64,000 nucleotides of DNA, taken from the NCBI GenBank assembly GCA_964188305.1, contig OZ076886.1; one strand, 5' to 3'. Origin of the DNA: Podarcis bocagei (Eukaryota). Below are positions 1 to 33,800 of this stretch, one piece after another. Position 1 is the first letter of the stretch. Every line of letters begins with the position of its first letter. The notes beneath the pieces are model-generated. The model was given only the letters and a program-made list of their open reading frames with translations, made no database searches and was not told the DNA's origin. Position numbers and translations under genes: made by a program.

Positions 1-774
1 GAGTGGGGAGAAGAAAGTTCCATTATACACCTGAAAGTCCTTGCACTCATGAAACGGTTTGGCTGGATACTGGCCACTGTTTGTGAGTTTCTCAGTCTTC
101 ACGATAGACGCAACCAATGATACGCTCAGCTTTCTGTTCAGGAAAGAACAGTGTTGCCTGATGGGTCCCACCTCAGCAATCTTTGCTTGGGAAACGTTTG
201 TGCATTCATGCTTAGCCATGGTTTCGCTTAACATTATGTGTGAACTGGGTCACGGAGAGACTCACGTCCTTGCAGCTCGTTTTACATCTCATCCCTTCTA
301 ATAATTGGCCGGTTATGGTAGAAAGCCACCTCATAACTGTCTTTAATGAGCCAGATCACCCGGCAATAGTGTGGCCAGATAATTCTGCCTCACTGTGCAT
401 TATCTATATCCTAAGGTATGCATAGCAGTGTGATTCTGTCTAGCTGTGTTTTGCATTTGCTTCTAATTGCAGTGTGTTGGTGGAGCAGTGGATAATTGCA
501 ACTACCATGTGCTTCATTCAGGTGTGAAGTTTTGCACTCCTGCTGAGTGCAAGTCATAGGGATGAGATCTTGGCTGACACCAGTGGCCATCTTTGAAAAT
601 GATCTCAGCTAGGGTACTATTGGCTACCATCAGGCATCCTATACGGATAAGGGTGAACATATTTCAAAATGGCACAGCTCCACACAGACCTGCCATGGCT
701 CTGTTGTGACCAGAACTTGGACAATTAGCCTTAACTTGCATCTCTAAAGATTAAAAATGTTACTAATGCAACCA

Positions 775-870
775 GCCCCTTGACTCAAGGAAGTGGAATA
801 ACTTCCTGAGGTAGTCCAATTGCAGCAAAACCAACACAGAGTCTTATGAGTGGGATATGATGCAATCACT
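775..870 (+). promoter_or_regulatory. Candidate HK3 upstream (myeloid-type) promoter/enhancer
   Basis: TGACTCA 781-787, GGAAGT 789-794, ACTTCC 801-806 and TGATGCAAT 858-866 within 90 bp; motif inference only. Confidence 0.4.
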
Positions 871-1319
871 CATGTACAAGGCTCTTGTCGAGCTGTTCGA
901 AATGGATACCAGCAACTAGAATTGGTAGGATGACTAGGAAGCACAGAAGAATCTGCCATCTGCTGGGTTAATCAGACATTGGTCCATCTAGCAGTATTGT
1001 CTACTACACTGGCAATAAGGTGGTCTGCACACAACATTAAACCGTGGTTTCTTTAAAGCACATTTTGCTCATCCCCCATGGGAGAGGAAACAAACTTGAA
1101 AAAAATCAGAGTCTGGCTGGTCATGACAGGCGAACCTGGACTCATGGACAGATGAACCACAAGCAGGAAGCCAAGAACAGGTCTAGACCACGCAAGGCTT
1201 CAACCTTTCCCATTCCTACCTGGAGATTGAATCTGAGATTGTCTGCATGCAAAGCATATGCTGAATTCATCCCAGTCCATTGTCTCCTTACAGAGTATTT
1301 TGCCAAGTGCTCAGTTCTA

Positions 1320-23257
<21,938 letters not shown>

Positions 23258-23278
23258 CCAAACCATCCACTTGACTTG

Positions 23279-23284
23279 AATAAA
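23279..23284 (+). terminator. HK3 candidate polyadenylation signal AATAAA (others at 23463 and 23824)
   Basis: Canonical hexamer about 21 nt after the stop codon. Confidence 0.6.
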
Positions 23285-23732
23285 AATGTCCCAGTAACCA
23301 GGACACCAAGCCATTCTCTACAATGTTCAGACCTTGACCCACAGCAATGTGTTCCACCCTCCTCTGTGGCCAAACTGCAGGAAAGGCAAGTTGTGTCAGC
23401 AGCGGTGTTCCATCTTTATAACTCTCTTTACCATCTCTGATTCATGTTCAAGCGAGGAAAACAATAAAACAAATTCCTGCTGCCACTTGGGTTTCCAAGT
23501 TATATATATTTTTTCCCAACAAGCCAAGACCAAAGATAACACAGACCGAGAGTGCTAAAATGGAGGTGCCTTCTTAATAACCCTGGACATTTCTACACCT
23601 ACTAAGCTGTCAAGGGAGCTCTGCTGAGACTTTGGACTCTCTCTGCTTTTTTCCAGATCTGGCAATGCTTCCATTGGCCTAGTGTAGAGTACAGACACAA
23701 GACGTCCCATGTAGCAATATATATATATATAA

Positions 23733-23738
23733 TTTATT
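23733..23738 (-). terminator. UNC5A candidate polyadenylation signal AATAAA
   Basis: TTTATT on +, about 930 nt downstream of the UNC5A stop. Confidence 0.65.
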
Positions 23739-24667
23739 TACATTCATGCCCGCTAAAACCCTGTGCGGGACGCTTATATGTACATAAGGCCAAGTGTAAA
23801 TACTTGAATGCACTTGAATACAGAATAAAAAACGATCTTTACACAATACGGCATGGGCCCGCCTGGCCCAGCACACGTTCACTGCACGGATTGGACTGCC
23901 ACGCACACGCACAATTCCCTTTGCATATACACTGGGCAAGGACTAAGGAGGCACAGATCCTGTCATCCAGCACAGCATGGTCCACCTCCCTGGGCTGCCC
24001 TTGACCATCTCCTCTCCTTGTCCCCTCGGGGTCCCCAGTGTCAGCAAACCACCAACCCCTGGGCGGCCCACTATGACCAAGTCACAGGTATCTCTTGGGC
24101 TGGAGCAAAAATATACAGAGATGGCTCTGGAAACAACCTGTCGGATCCCCCCTCCCGGCTCTGCTTCATTGCAGCATGGGACGCTCCGGGGGCTGCAGTG
24201 GGAGAGGCACAGGCTTCTCGGCTCCAGGACCAAGCTTACCTTTTTGTCCTGGTCACTCCCCACAAGCACCAAGCCAGCCATCTCCCTTCCCCTTTCTTCC
24301 CATGCTGGGGAAGAAGAGGGCCCTGGGTATATGACTAAGCCCAACAGAAGTACATCAGAATCCATTGCCAGCCTACTGCAGTATATGGGGCAAGCCTCCC
24401 TCGGCCAGTCCTAGAGCTTCCATGGCAGTGGCAGGGCAGGCATTCAGTAGTTTCCCCCACCACCCCATGGCTACTAGAGACTGAGCCCGGTGTGCTTGCC
24501 TTCTAGTTGTATTTGGCACAAGGAACAGAGGGCGTGAGGCTAGGATGCCTCCGACGGAGCACGCAGGCGTATTCAAAGCAGGACAAGTGTGGGAACACCG
24601 CCTCCTTCAAGCGGAGATGCCCTCTGCCATCCCCCAGCAAAGGCCTGTGCTGCCTCTACCAAGTGCC

Positions 24668-24833
24668 TTAGCACTCAGCCTCCGACACCATGAAGAGGGA
24701 GCTGTCCTGCTTGCCCACCTCCGCCACAGCAGCCGCCAGCTGGTTGAGGTTCCCGTTGGGGAAGTGACGGGCTTCCCATAAGTTCAACATCATGGCCGTT
24801 GGGCTGGGTTTCGAAGCAAAGAAGCTTAGATGG
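24668..24833 (-). CDS. UNC5A: UNC5A last coding exon (166 nt), death domain C-terminus
   Basis: [12 protein letters not shown]...LNLWEAR...VSEAEC*. Confidence 0.95.
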
Positions 24834-27800
24834 CTGTGGAAAGAGGAGAGGCCATTATTACCCAGGAGAAAGAGCCCCAAGGGGGCACTTATTCACACAC
24901 ACCTTTTGCCCCATCCTTTCTAGGCACAGGCCTGCTCTTTAAAACTCTGAGCGTTTTTGTTTTGCCTCAGCAAAAACCCCACTCTTTACTGCTGAATTGG
25001 AACAAATGGCAATTTGGGATTTCTGCAGATTGCTGTTTGCTCCAATTCAGCAGTAAAGAGCGGGTTTTCACAGGGACACATTCCTAGAAATGCAGCACAA
25101 AAAGAAGTCCAAATGAGCCCCCTGTTTCCTCTCCTTCCTTGCCCCCACTATGTCACAGGAAAAAACAATGTGACTGCATCTGTTCCTCCATACAGAAACC
25201 CCTCCTCCCACCTTAGTCACCTGTTCCTGCTCAAGCAAGATTCATCCACCTGGTAGGATCCGCACCAGCTGCAGCTTGTTTCTCCTGGTATAGAGATTTA
25301 CCTGTCGAGGTGCAGTTTCTGGGCTAATGCTCTCCAGTCAGCCCCACGGGCCCCTGGTGCATCCAGGCTGCTTATGATCTTCTGGCGGATGAGGAAGGGG
25401 ATCTTGAAGGCACTGGGGCCCACGAGGGCAGGGGAGCCAGCCTCATTGTCTGGGGGCAGCCAGTCTGAGAACCGTGCATCCTGGGAAAAGGAGAGCAGTT
25501 ATTAGGACCTATAAGGCGAACAAAGTCTTCATGGTGAGAGGAGGCAATGGAGGAGAGAGTGTCCGCCAAGACAAGGCTGTTTCTGCTTTATATTCTCTCT
25601 CAGTTTGATGCTGCTTTAAGTAAGGTGGAGAGGTCTCCCTGACACAATATGATTTTCTCCCAGATATTCCCCAGAAGGGTAATTCTGTCTACTTGACAGG
25701 TTTAGCGAAGGAGGATACCTAAAGATCACAAAGAATATCTCCCGCTTGACTGGGAAAGGAGGAGTGAAGGGGAACGAAAAGTTAAAGGGTAGGCTCAGTG
25801 CTGCGGGGGAAAGGAGGCTTTTGTAGACGTAAAGAGCAGTGATGCGCAGGGCCGGATGTATTTTGCACTGAGAAAAAATGGGATCCTGTGACTTCTACAG
25901 ATTATGGAAATTGAGCATAATTGCTAGTTAGCCACGTCTCTGGCTTCTGAGATTCCAATAATCACTGGCCACACTTTCACAGCCCTAAAGTAACTAAAAA
26001 ACCTGATTTTTTTGAAAGAAGGTTATTAAGATGTTAAATTTCACACCTCACATAACACTGGGCTGCTTCACATGTAGTCTCATAAGCCATGGCAGAGCAA
26101 TGGGCCCACATGCTTCTTCCTTTCCACTCTCCTCCTCCCATTGCACGTTGGTGTTGCTGCACAGATCTTGGAACTTAAGAGTTCCCTAACAACATCTCAA
26201 ATGGGGAGGTGGACCAGTGTTGGTTTGTTAACCAGGATAATTAAAGCAAGCTCTGACCCTGGTTAATATTCTAGTTAGTAAACTGACACTGTACTAGAAG
26301 TCCCCACTTTTATATTTATTTATTATGAATACCTGTTACTTGCCCTTCACAAAAAGTCCCAGGACAGGGTGCAATAAGAATAAAAAGGACAATTGTAAAC
26401 CCCAATTTCAAATGGAATGGGCAGCCCTAGTTCTAAAACCCCTGCACCAAAGCTTGTGTGCAAGGGAAGGAAGGGCGAGTGGGATGGGGACATGCAGAGC
26501 CAACACTCCACCTGGCTTCATAAACTATGGTTTGTTACAAAGCCATGTCCGAACTGGCCCATTCTATGCTTTTTCTGAACATGCACACAATTCCAGCCTG
26601 TGATAGTTTTCTATCCTCATGTTAGGATGGAAAGACCTATTGACGCCGCCCTGCCTTACATTTCCACTTTTGACTCTGTTCCATGGGAATTCTATGAAAC
26701 GGTCCTCGACACAATAACTGCAAGTGCGCATAAAGTATTTAAAACCCGTTCAAAAGCTAGATAGGTTCCCACCCAGAAGGGTACCGCAGAAGTCATTTGG
26801 CCAACCCTCCCATGGCCATGTCCTTGCCCTCACCTTGGCAATGTTGAAGTCAATATTGAAGCTCTGCCCATCACCCTCCACCTGCCAGATCCAGATTTTG
26901 CAAGCCAACTGGCAAGTGCTGGTGCTAAGTCGCTCCAACGTGAAGGTACAGTGCAGGTAAGGCTGCAGACCACTCCAAAGGTGATAGAAGGGAATCTCCT
27001 GTAGAGAGAGAGAGAGAGAAAGAGAGCAGGCTTGGGTTGGGGGTGTATGGATTTCCTCAGTGGTAAGGAATGAGGCTCCTAGGAGCATGACGATCAGGCC
27101 CATGATGTCAGGAACTGCCAGTAGAATTAGGAACTAGACAAACTATAGAAGCAGATTGATAAATACCTACCCCCTCCCCACAACTACAGCTAGGGGATGG
27201 AGCTTCATAAGAGCTTAGCATCTTTCACATGGGGCATTCTAGGTCCTGAGGATATGGGGCTTTGCACTGAATCCCAGTAAATAAGAGATGAAAAAGAGAG
27301 GTGACATAGCGCGAAGACAGCAGGCAGGAGAAGAGGGCGCCTACTCTGGATACAGAACACTCCCAGAGCCCATGGGCACACTTGCCTGATAGCTGACAAG
27401 AAGCTTGCTCTTCCACAGGGAGCTGGGCACATCATGGATGGAGAGGCGCAGGTTGTGGTAACTGTCCTTGAAGTGCAGGATCCGTGGCACGCCAATCAGC
27501 TGCCCCCCCATCTGCTTCTCTACTTGTACCACTTCCTGGAATTGCATGGACAAAGAAGGGCTGAGTGACTAGAACCATCAACACCCATTTCCTGGTGCCT
27601 CCCGCCTTCTGCGGAGGCGCAGCGTGGAGTTGCAAGGGACTGATCTGGGTTGTTGTGACAAAATCACTGGATGGTGGGGTAGGGGAGAGGCCTAGGTGAG
27701 GCTGGACACCCTGCAACTATAGAGCAACATACTGGGCATCTGGTCAGTGTCGCTGAAGCGACACATAGGCTGTCCTACTAGAGCATTAAGGCTGGTCAAC

Positions 27801-30800
27801 TGTGATTCTTGAGCAAATAATGGGCTATTGAGACTGGAGCAGGTGTGAAATTTGTGGGAAAGAGGCTCAAGGTGTGTATGTTTGGGGCATTTCCAGGGCA
27901 GTATTTTGGCCTTGTGGGCTAATACCTTGAGTGCATCGCGGGTGTCGCTGAGGCAATACACGCGGACATCATATTCCAGCCCAGTACAGGTAGTGGGTGC
28001 AAAAAGGACCAATTTGAGGCGCTTTGAAGCCGCCATGCTGAGCGATTCCCCCACCAAAGCAAAGCGGCCTAGTTGTTCTGTGAAGATGTAGCAAGCCTGA
28101 GGTTCCAGCTGGCAGTGGAAGAGTTCCGAGGGCACGGGCTCACCCAGGTGCAGCACATCCTGAGGAAGCGGGAAAGGCGGTGGAGGGGTGGGCAGAGAGA
28201 TAAAAACAACCCTGATCAACAGTTATTGGCACAATGAGCGCAGAAGCAGCACAACGGAGCCAGTGCAGATTATGGCTTATTTTTAGAAGCATTTCTGTAC
28301 TGTACAAGGTGGTGTACACTGCAAAAGCATCAATTAAAAAAATTAAATTGCATTTTAAAAGAACAAATAATCATTAAGGTGACCGGCTAATCAAAAATTA
28401 AGCAGCTGCAAAGGTCTGTTGGCAAACAAACAGGTGTCAGAAGGAGAAGGCTGACTAATACGCTAGAAGTACAGTGCTTGGGTATTTCCTTGAATCTGGA
28501 GCAGTTTATGAATTCTGAAATAAAAATAAAGCAAGAATGGCTGGCCAACACACAAGGAGAATGAATCTGTATGGGTGGGATATCAGCAGGAAACAGCTGC
28601 TATATAGGACCAAGGATGAAGTACTGAGCTTGAGATGGTAGGAGGACTGTTGCTCTTTAGGCACATATAGGAACATTTGCACTACATTCAAGCTGGAATC
28701 ATAGAATGGTAGAGTTGGAAGGAACCTAAATGGGCCATCTACTCCAACCCCCTGCAATGAAGGAATTGTTTGCCCAATGTGGGGTTCAAACCCACAACCC
28801 TGAGATTGAGAGTCTTATGCTCTACTGACTGAGCTATCTTCAGCTAGTCTGAGGGATCCATCACAGCCTCCACTGTAGAACACAAATCAGAATCAATTGT
28901 GCCAGTGCTGGGCAGTAAACAGTCCATCAGATTCTGCTAATGTTGAAAATAGGGCAGTGTATATTCTACAATTCTGGGGGGAAATGTAAGATTGTAATAC
29001 CGGAGGCAGAATCCAGCTTTCATATATATATTACAAAGCATGTTTCTGTAACATTTGGATGCAAAGATATGCTTGAGAGTGTACGGCGAAGCCCTGAGAA
29101 AGCTACAGGGATAGCTGAATAAGACTTCCGTTGTTTCCCAAGGATGAGACTTCAGCATCACACATAGTTCCTCCTCTTTCTCAGAAGTAGCATAGTAGTA
29201 GTATAGAGTTTGCAAAGCAAGCAGAAAAAAAAAATAAAAAATGAACAATATGAGTGATTTGCATAATTTAAGCAGGTTTCAGAATTTAGGTTACTTTGGC
29301 CCGGAAGGTTCTTTGTTTTGTAAAGCAAAAAGTACAATACAGCCTTGCTTAAAGCCTTTGGATTGGTTTGCGACTGCCTGAGGCCAAGCACTCACCTCCC
29401 ATGTGCCCTCACACGACTGCTTCTTGAGGCGGAGACTCCAGGTCTCTGGGTTTGGCTCCACACAGTGGTCCATAGCTAGGATGACAGGTCTGGTGAGCAG
29501 CACCCCTGGGGGCCCACAGCTGACAATGGGACTCAGCAGGGTCTGACAGCCAGCCAGGGGCAGCCTCAAAAGAGAGAGAAAACCATGAGTTGGAAAGAGA
29601 AGGGGCATACAAAGCCAAGCACAGAGGCTTCTGACTATTGCCATTAGCTAGTTTCCCTTGGTTATCATTCCAATGGGCACAGAAAGCAAACAGGATCTGC
29701 ATTCTCACCACTGCGCGGTGGAAGCAGAATGGAGAAATTGGGTGGGGTTATAGTCAGCATGTACTACTGGCAATCCAAGCAGAGAATTGGAGCTGGCAGT
29801 CTTCAGTAAGTGCATCGGAAATGGATGCTGACATAAGGGAATGGGGAAGGATCATGGCTCAATACCACAGCGTCTGTTTGCAGAAAGTCGCAGGTTCAAT
29901 CCCTGGCATCTTTGGGTAATCTAGGAAGATCCTGGAGAACTACTGCCCATCAGTGTAGTCAGTGCTGAGCTAGATGGGACTCTGTGTGAATTGGCATAAG
30001 GCTCATGGAAAAAGTGGAAATGCCTCAGTTATGGCAGACAGCTGTTATTGGAGCTATCTGCAAAGTGGGAACTCCAAAAACGTTTCTGAGAATATATCCA
30101 CGACGAATAAGTTTCATTAGGTATCCTTCTTTGGAAGGGAGCAGGGACAGGGCGGGGGCGGGAATTGTACAAGTGTGCAGCAGTCAAGTTCCTTAGAGGA
30201 TGACTAGCCAGAGGGTGATGCTCCATTGAGCAGCCTGGCAAGGTCCTTTCTGGCTGGCAGATCTCACCCGCTTAGCTAACATGACTTATCCTTCATGCTC
30301 CAGGCCAGGTCGCTTTAGATGTCCTAATCAAATCTCCCACCTCAATCCTCAACCAGCACCAAAGGGATTCTTGACACTAAATGTGCCATGACAGAAGCAT
30401 GCTTTCTCCATTTGCTGTTGATGCAGCTGTGAGCAGAGGGATGCAGGCAAGAGTGGGCTGTCAAGGGCCAGCACAAAAACATTAAATCAGAAACATGCTT
30501 GGTAGCATTTTAGGATGTAGTTAAGATTGCAACAGAGAAATCTGCCTAGAAATGGCGGGTGATCTCTGTTGATTATATAGTTCAATCTTATGAGCATGAT
30601 GTGGGAAGCGCTAGACTGATATTACTAGAGCTTTGATGTAAAATGCTCAGGATTGGGGTGCTGCTGGCCCTGTAGCCTCTGTACATGTAGAACAAGTAGA
30701 TGAGTCCTATTGCCTATTTCCAATCAGTTTTGTTTCCTTCAGGCAAGTGTGTGCCTGGTAAGAGATAGAAATGCCGACTGGGATAATCTGGAGTTGTGGA

Positions 30801-33800
30801 TCTTGAAGGGGTACACTGAGAATTTTCCAGAAAGAGAAGTAATGTGTATGTCAAGACTTTGTTTCCTTCCTGGATGCTGTAGCTGACCTTCCACAGTGAC
30901 ATTCCATTCATACTGCTCCCTCCACCTCATGAGTGGAGGCAAATTTCTGCAGCCCATCTGCATGACAAGGTCTACAGGGATGCAGTTGTCCAAGAATTCC
31001 CTGTGGATTCTACAGGTACCTGTAGGAGAGCCCTTATGTGCCACAGGTGATGGGTGAACATACGGGGCAGGCATACAGTGGACTGGAGTCAAATTGGTAT
31101 ATGAGAAATTAGGGGTCCCACTGACCACTAACGGGGTAGTTGAAGGATTTCAAGGGTAAGAGGGGTACCTCACATCTTCCTGCTTGTGCAGCGTCAGGTA
31201 GATTTCATAGATCTTTCCTCGCGGGATGGCATCAGGTGGGATGAGCAAGCTGACACCTAAAGGACACAGACATTATTGCTCAAGGGGACACAATATACAG
31301 TGTCCATGGATGGCCCAAGACATTTTTGCACCTTAGGCAGACCCCAAAATGATGTCCCGCTCCCCAACAGAGAAGAAGATGTGAGGGAAGAGCTAGCTCC
31401 AGGAACAAGGGGGGAAGATTAACATCAGGAACTGCTGCCCCGTGAATCCTGACACCAGGGGCAGTCGCCTTGTGGGTGGACTAGCCCTTGTCAGACCTTC
31501 CTATGGGTCCAGGCTTGAAAGAAACATTCCATGTTCTCTTGGGCAAGCTGACCCTTGGGCATCAATAAGGGGCTGCTCAGGATCGGGACAATTTCCCCGT
31601 AAAGTGGGGAAATGGTATATGTGGTTTATATCTGGAATTTATCCACAAAACGATCACTTATTGTATTCCTATACAGGCCAAACGGGAAGCCTCTGTCTCT
31701 TGCATGTGTGTGCTTGAATGCTGGTCCAGAAGGGAACTACGAGCATCATAAAGCACCTACACATTTCCCTACCTAGCTCAGCCTCCCAAATCCCCAGCCT
31801 TCCTTCTCTGCCCATCTCACCTGTGTTGGGGATCATTAAACGTCCACCCAGGAAGTTGAAGGTTCCATAAGCCATGTTGGCACCACCCCTGGGCAAGGAG
31901 CGGAAGAAGCTCTGGGTGGAGAACCGAGAGACAAAGTCCACAGGGTCCGCACTGGGTGAGCTGTGGTGCAGGGTGTGGCGCCCACTGCCCAGGGGGCTCA
32001 GCAGGTGCCCATTGCCAATCTGGAACTTGCTGGGTCCATCCTGGCGTGGGCAGAGTGAGCCCTGGTAGGTCATGGTGGTGGTGCTCAGGTCAGGCTGGAT
32101 AGTAAGCAAGTGGGAGTTATCTGCAAAGAAGGAGAGAAATTTATGTAAATAACCCAATAAACTGGGCCGGTCAAAGTACATGTGCTGTTTGAAAGTACTG
32201 AAAGATCTTCTCTAGGCAGAATGGAAAAGAGAGTTCATTCTTAGCACTATATACAGACCTATATTGCTTACAGATGCAAATGCAGATATTTTCAGTCACC
32301 TCAGGTAGATAGCAGCCTAATCACAAAACATCATCTCATCAGACAATGTTGCACAAAATACATTAACCAGCAGGGGTAACAGACTGCTGCAATGACCCGA
32401 GAAACAAAGATCCCTGTTCAAACCATCACTTTTTGTATTAATAAGGTTATGCATTTTATTTCCCAGAGACAGCTTCCTAAAGATGCAGTACAGTCTCCCT
32501 TGCAGAGCCCAGGAGTCTGGGATAATTCACACAACCCATCCGGGCAGGATATCCAAATGCAGAATGACTAAGGGAACTGGCCGCATGACACAGTTGTCGT
32601 TTTAACGCCCCACCACTTGTCAGGGTGCAAAGAGGTGAGCCTCAAAGGCCAAAGGTCACATCATGAGGTGATGAGAAAGTTAAGTGGCTGATGGAATGAT
32701 GGTAGGATACTTCTTCCGCCCACACCTAGATGCTCATAAATGACCCAGTCCACATGTATGTGAAGCTATTGTTTAAAACAGACCAGCCCTTGCTCTTTGT
32801 GCCTGCCTCTCTCCTCCCTAGGCTGCCTTGCAGTAGAAATAAACCAGAGCACTGGCTTAGTCTTACATGCAAATTAACAGTTGTGGTTTGTTTCCCTTCC
32901 AGCAAACCACAAACAGTAAGCTAAGAAAAAACATTGGTTACTGCTCATGGTTTGTTTGGAGAAAAACAAAACCACAAGTGCTGGTTTGCATGCAATATGA
33001 GGCCAGGGATCTGGTTTCTTTCAGCTCCTAAGCAGCACATGGAAGGAAGGGGGCAAGCAGGAAGAGAAGCACACACTAGCACTCTGCTCATTCATGATCA
33101 GCCATTTTAGACCATGGCTCTGTGTTCAAAATAAACCATGGTCTGTTTTAGGGCCTAAAACCTTTGGGCCATGGCTTTGCCAACCAGGCTAGTGGGTCTT
33201 TGTAAACCGGTTCCAAAATGACAGAAATGGAGTGGTTAGGATGAAAGATGTGCTTATCCACAAGTGTGATTTTACTATACCACTACCTATGATGGCCATT
33301 AGATTTTACTGACTTCCTCTACATTACATAATAGGTTCCCTACATCCTGGGGGTGTGACAGTCACTGTGACAGAGATGTGCCAGCAAGGTCTTGCATCTT
33401 CCATTCCAGCAACTACTTTTCCTCTAGAAGTTCATGTTTCTTGATTAGGGGGAACCAACTTTAATTAACTAGTTCAGAAATACTTGAAGAATGCCTGGCA
33501 GATGAGCTGGGGGTGGGATGATTAGAAAACCCTTCCTGTTACATGCTCCTGTTCTGACCAGTGCTGGGCTGCCCTTACTGGTTGGTGTCCTGTAGTCCAG
33601 TGAGGGCTGGCAGGAAGCATTAGGGCATTGCAACTGGAAAGGGTAATTAGCAGGTTCTCACAAAATATGCAGATGGCCTGTTTCTAACCCTCTGGTGCTG
33701 CATCTTTCTTTGGCAAAGGCAATGCTTAGTAGTGTTGAGATGCATGACTAGAGGTGAGTCTCTGGCTATAATTATTTTGTAAGAGATTTTTGGTGTGTTT

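Noticed and set aside
23853-24414. Overlapping 140-161 aa ORFs
   Set aside because: They lie in the GC-rich UNC5A 3'UTR, with no homology or splice support.
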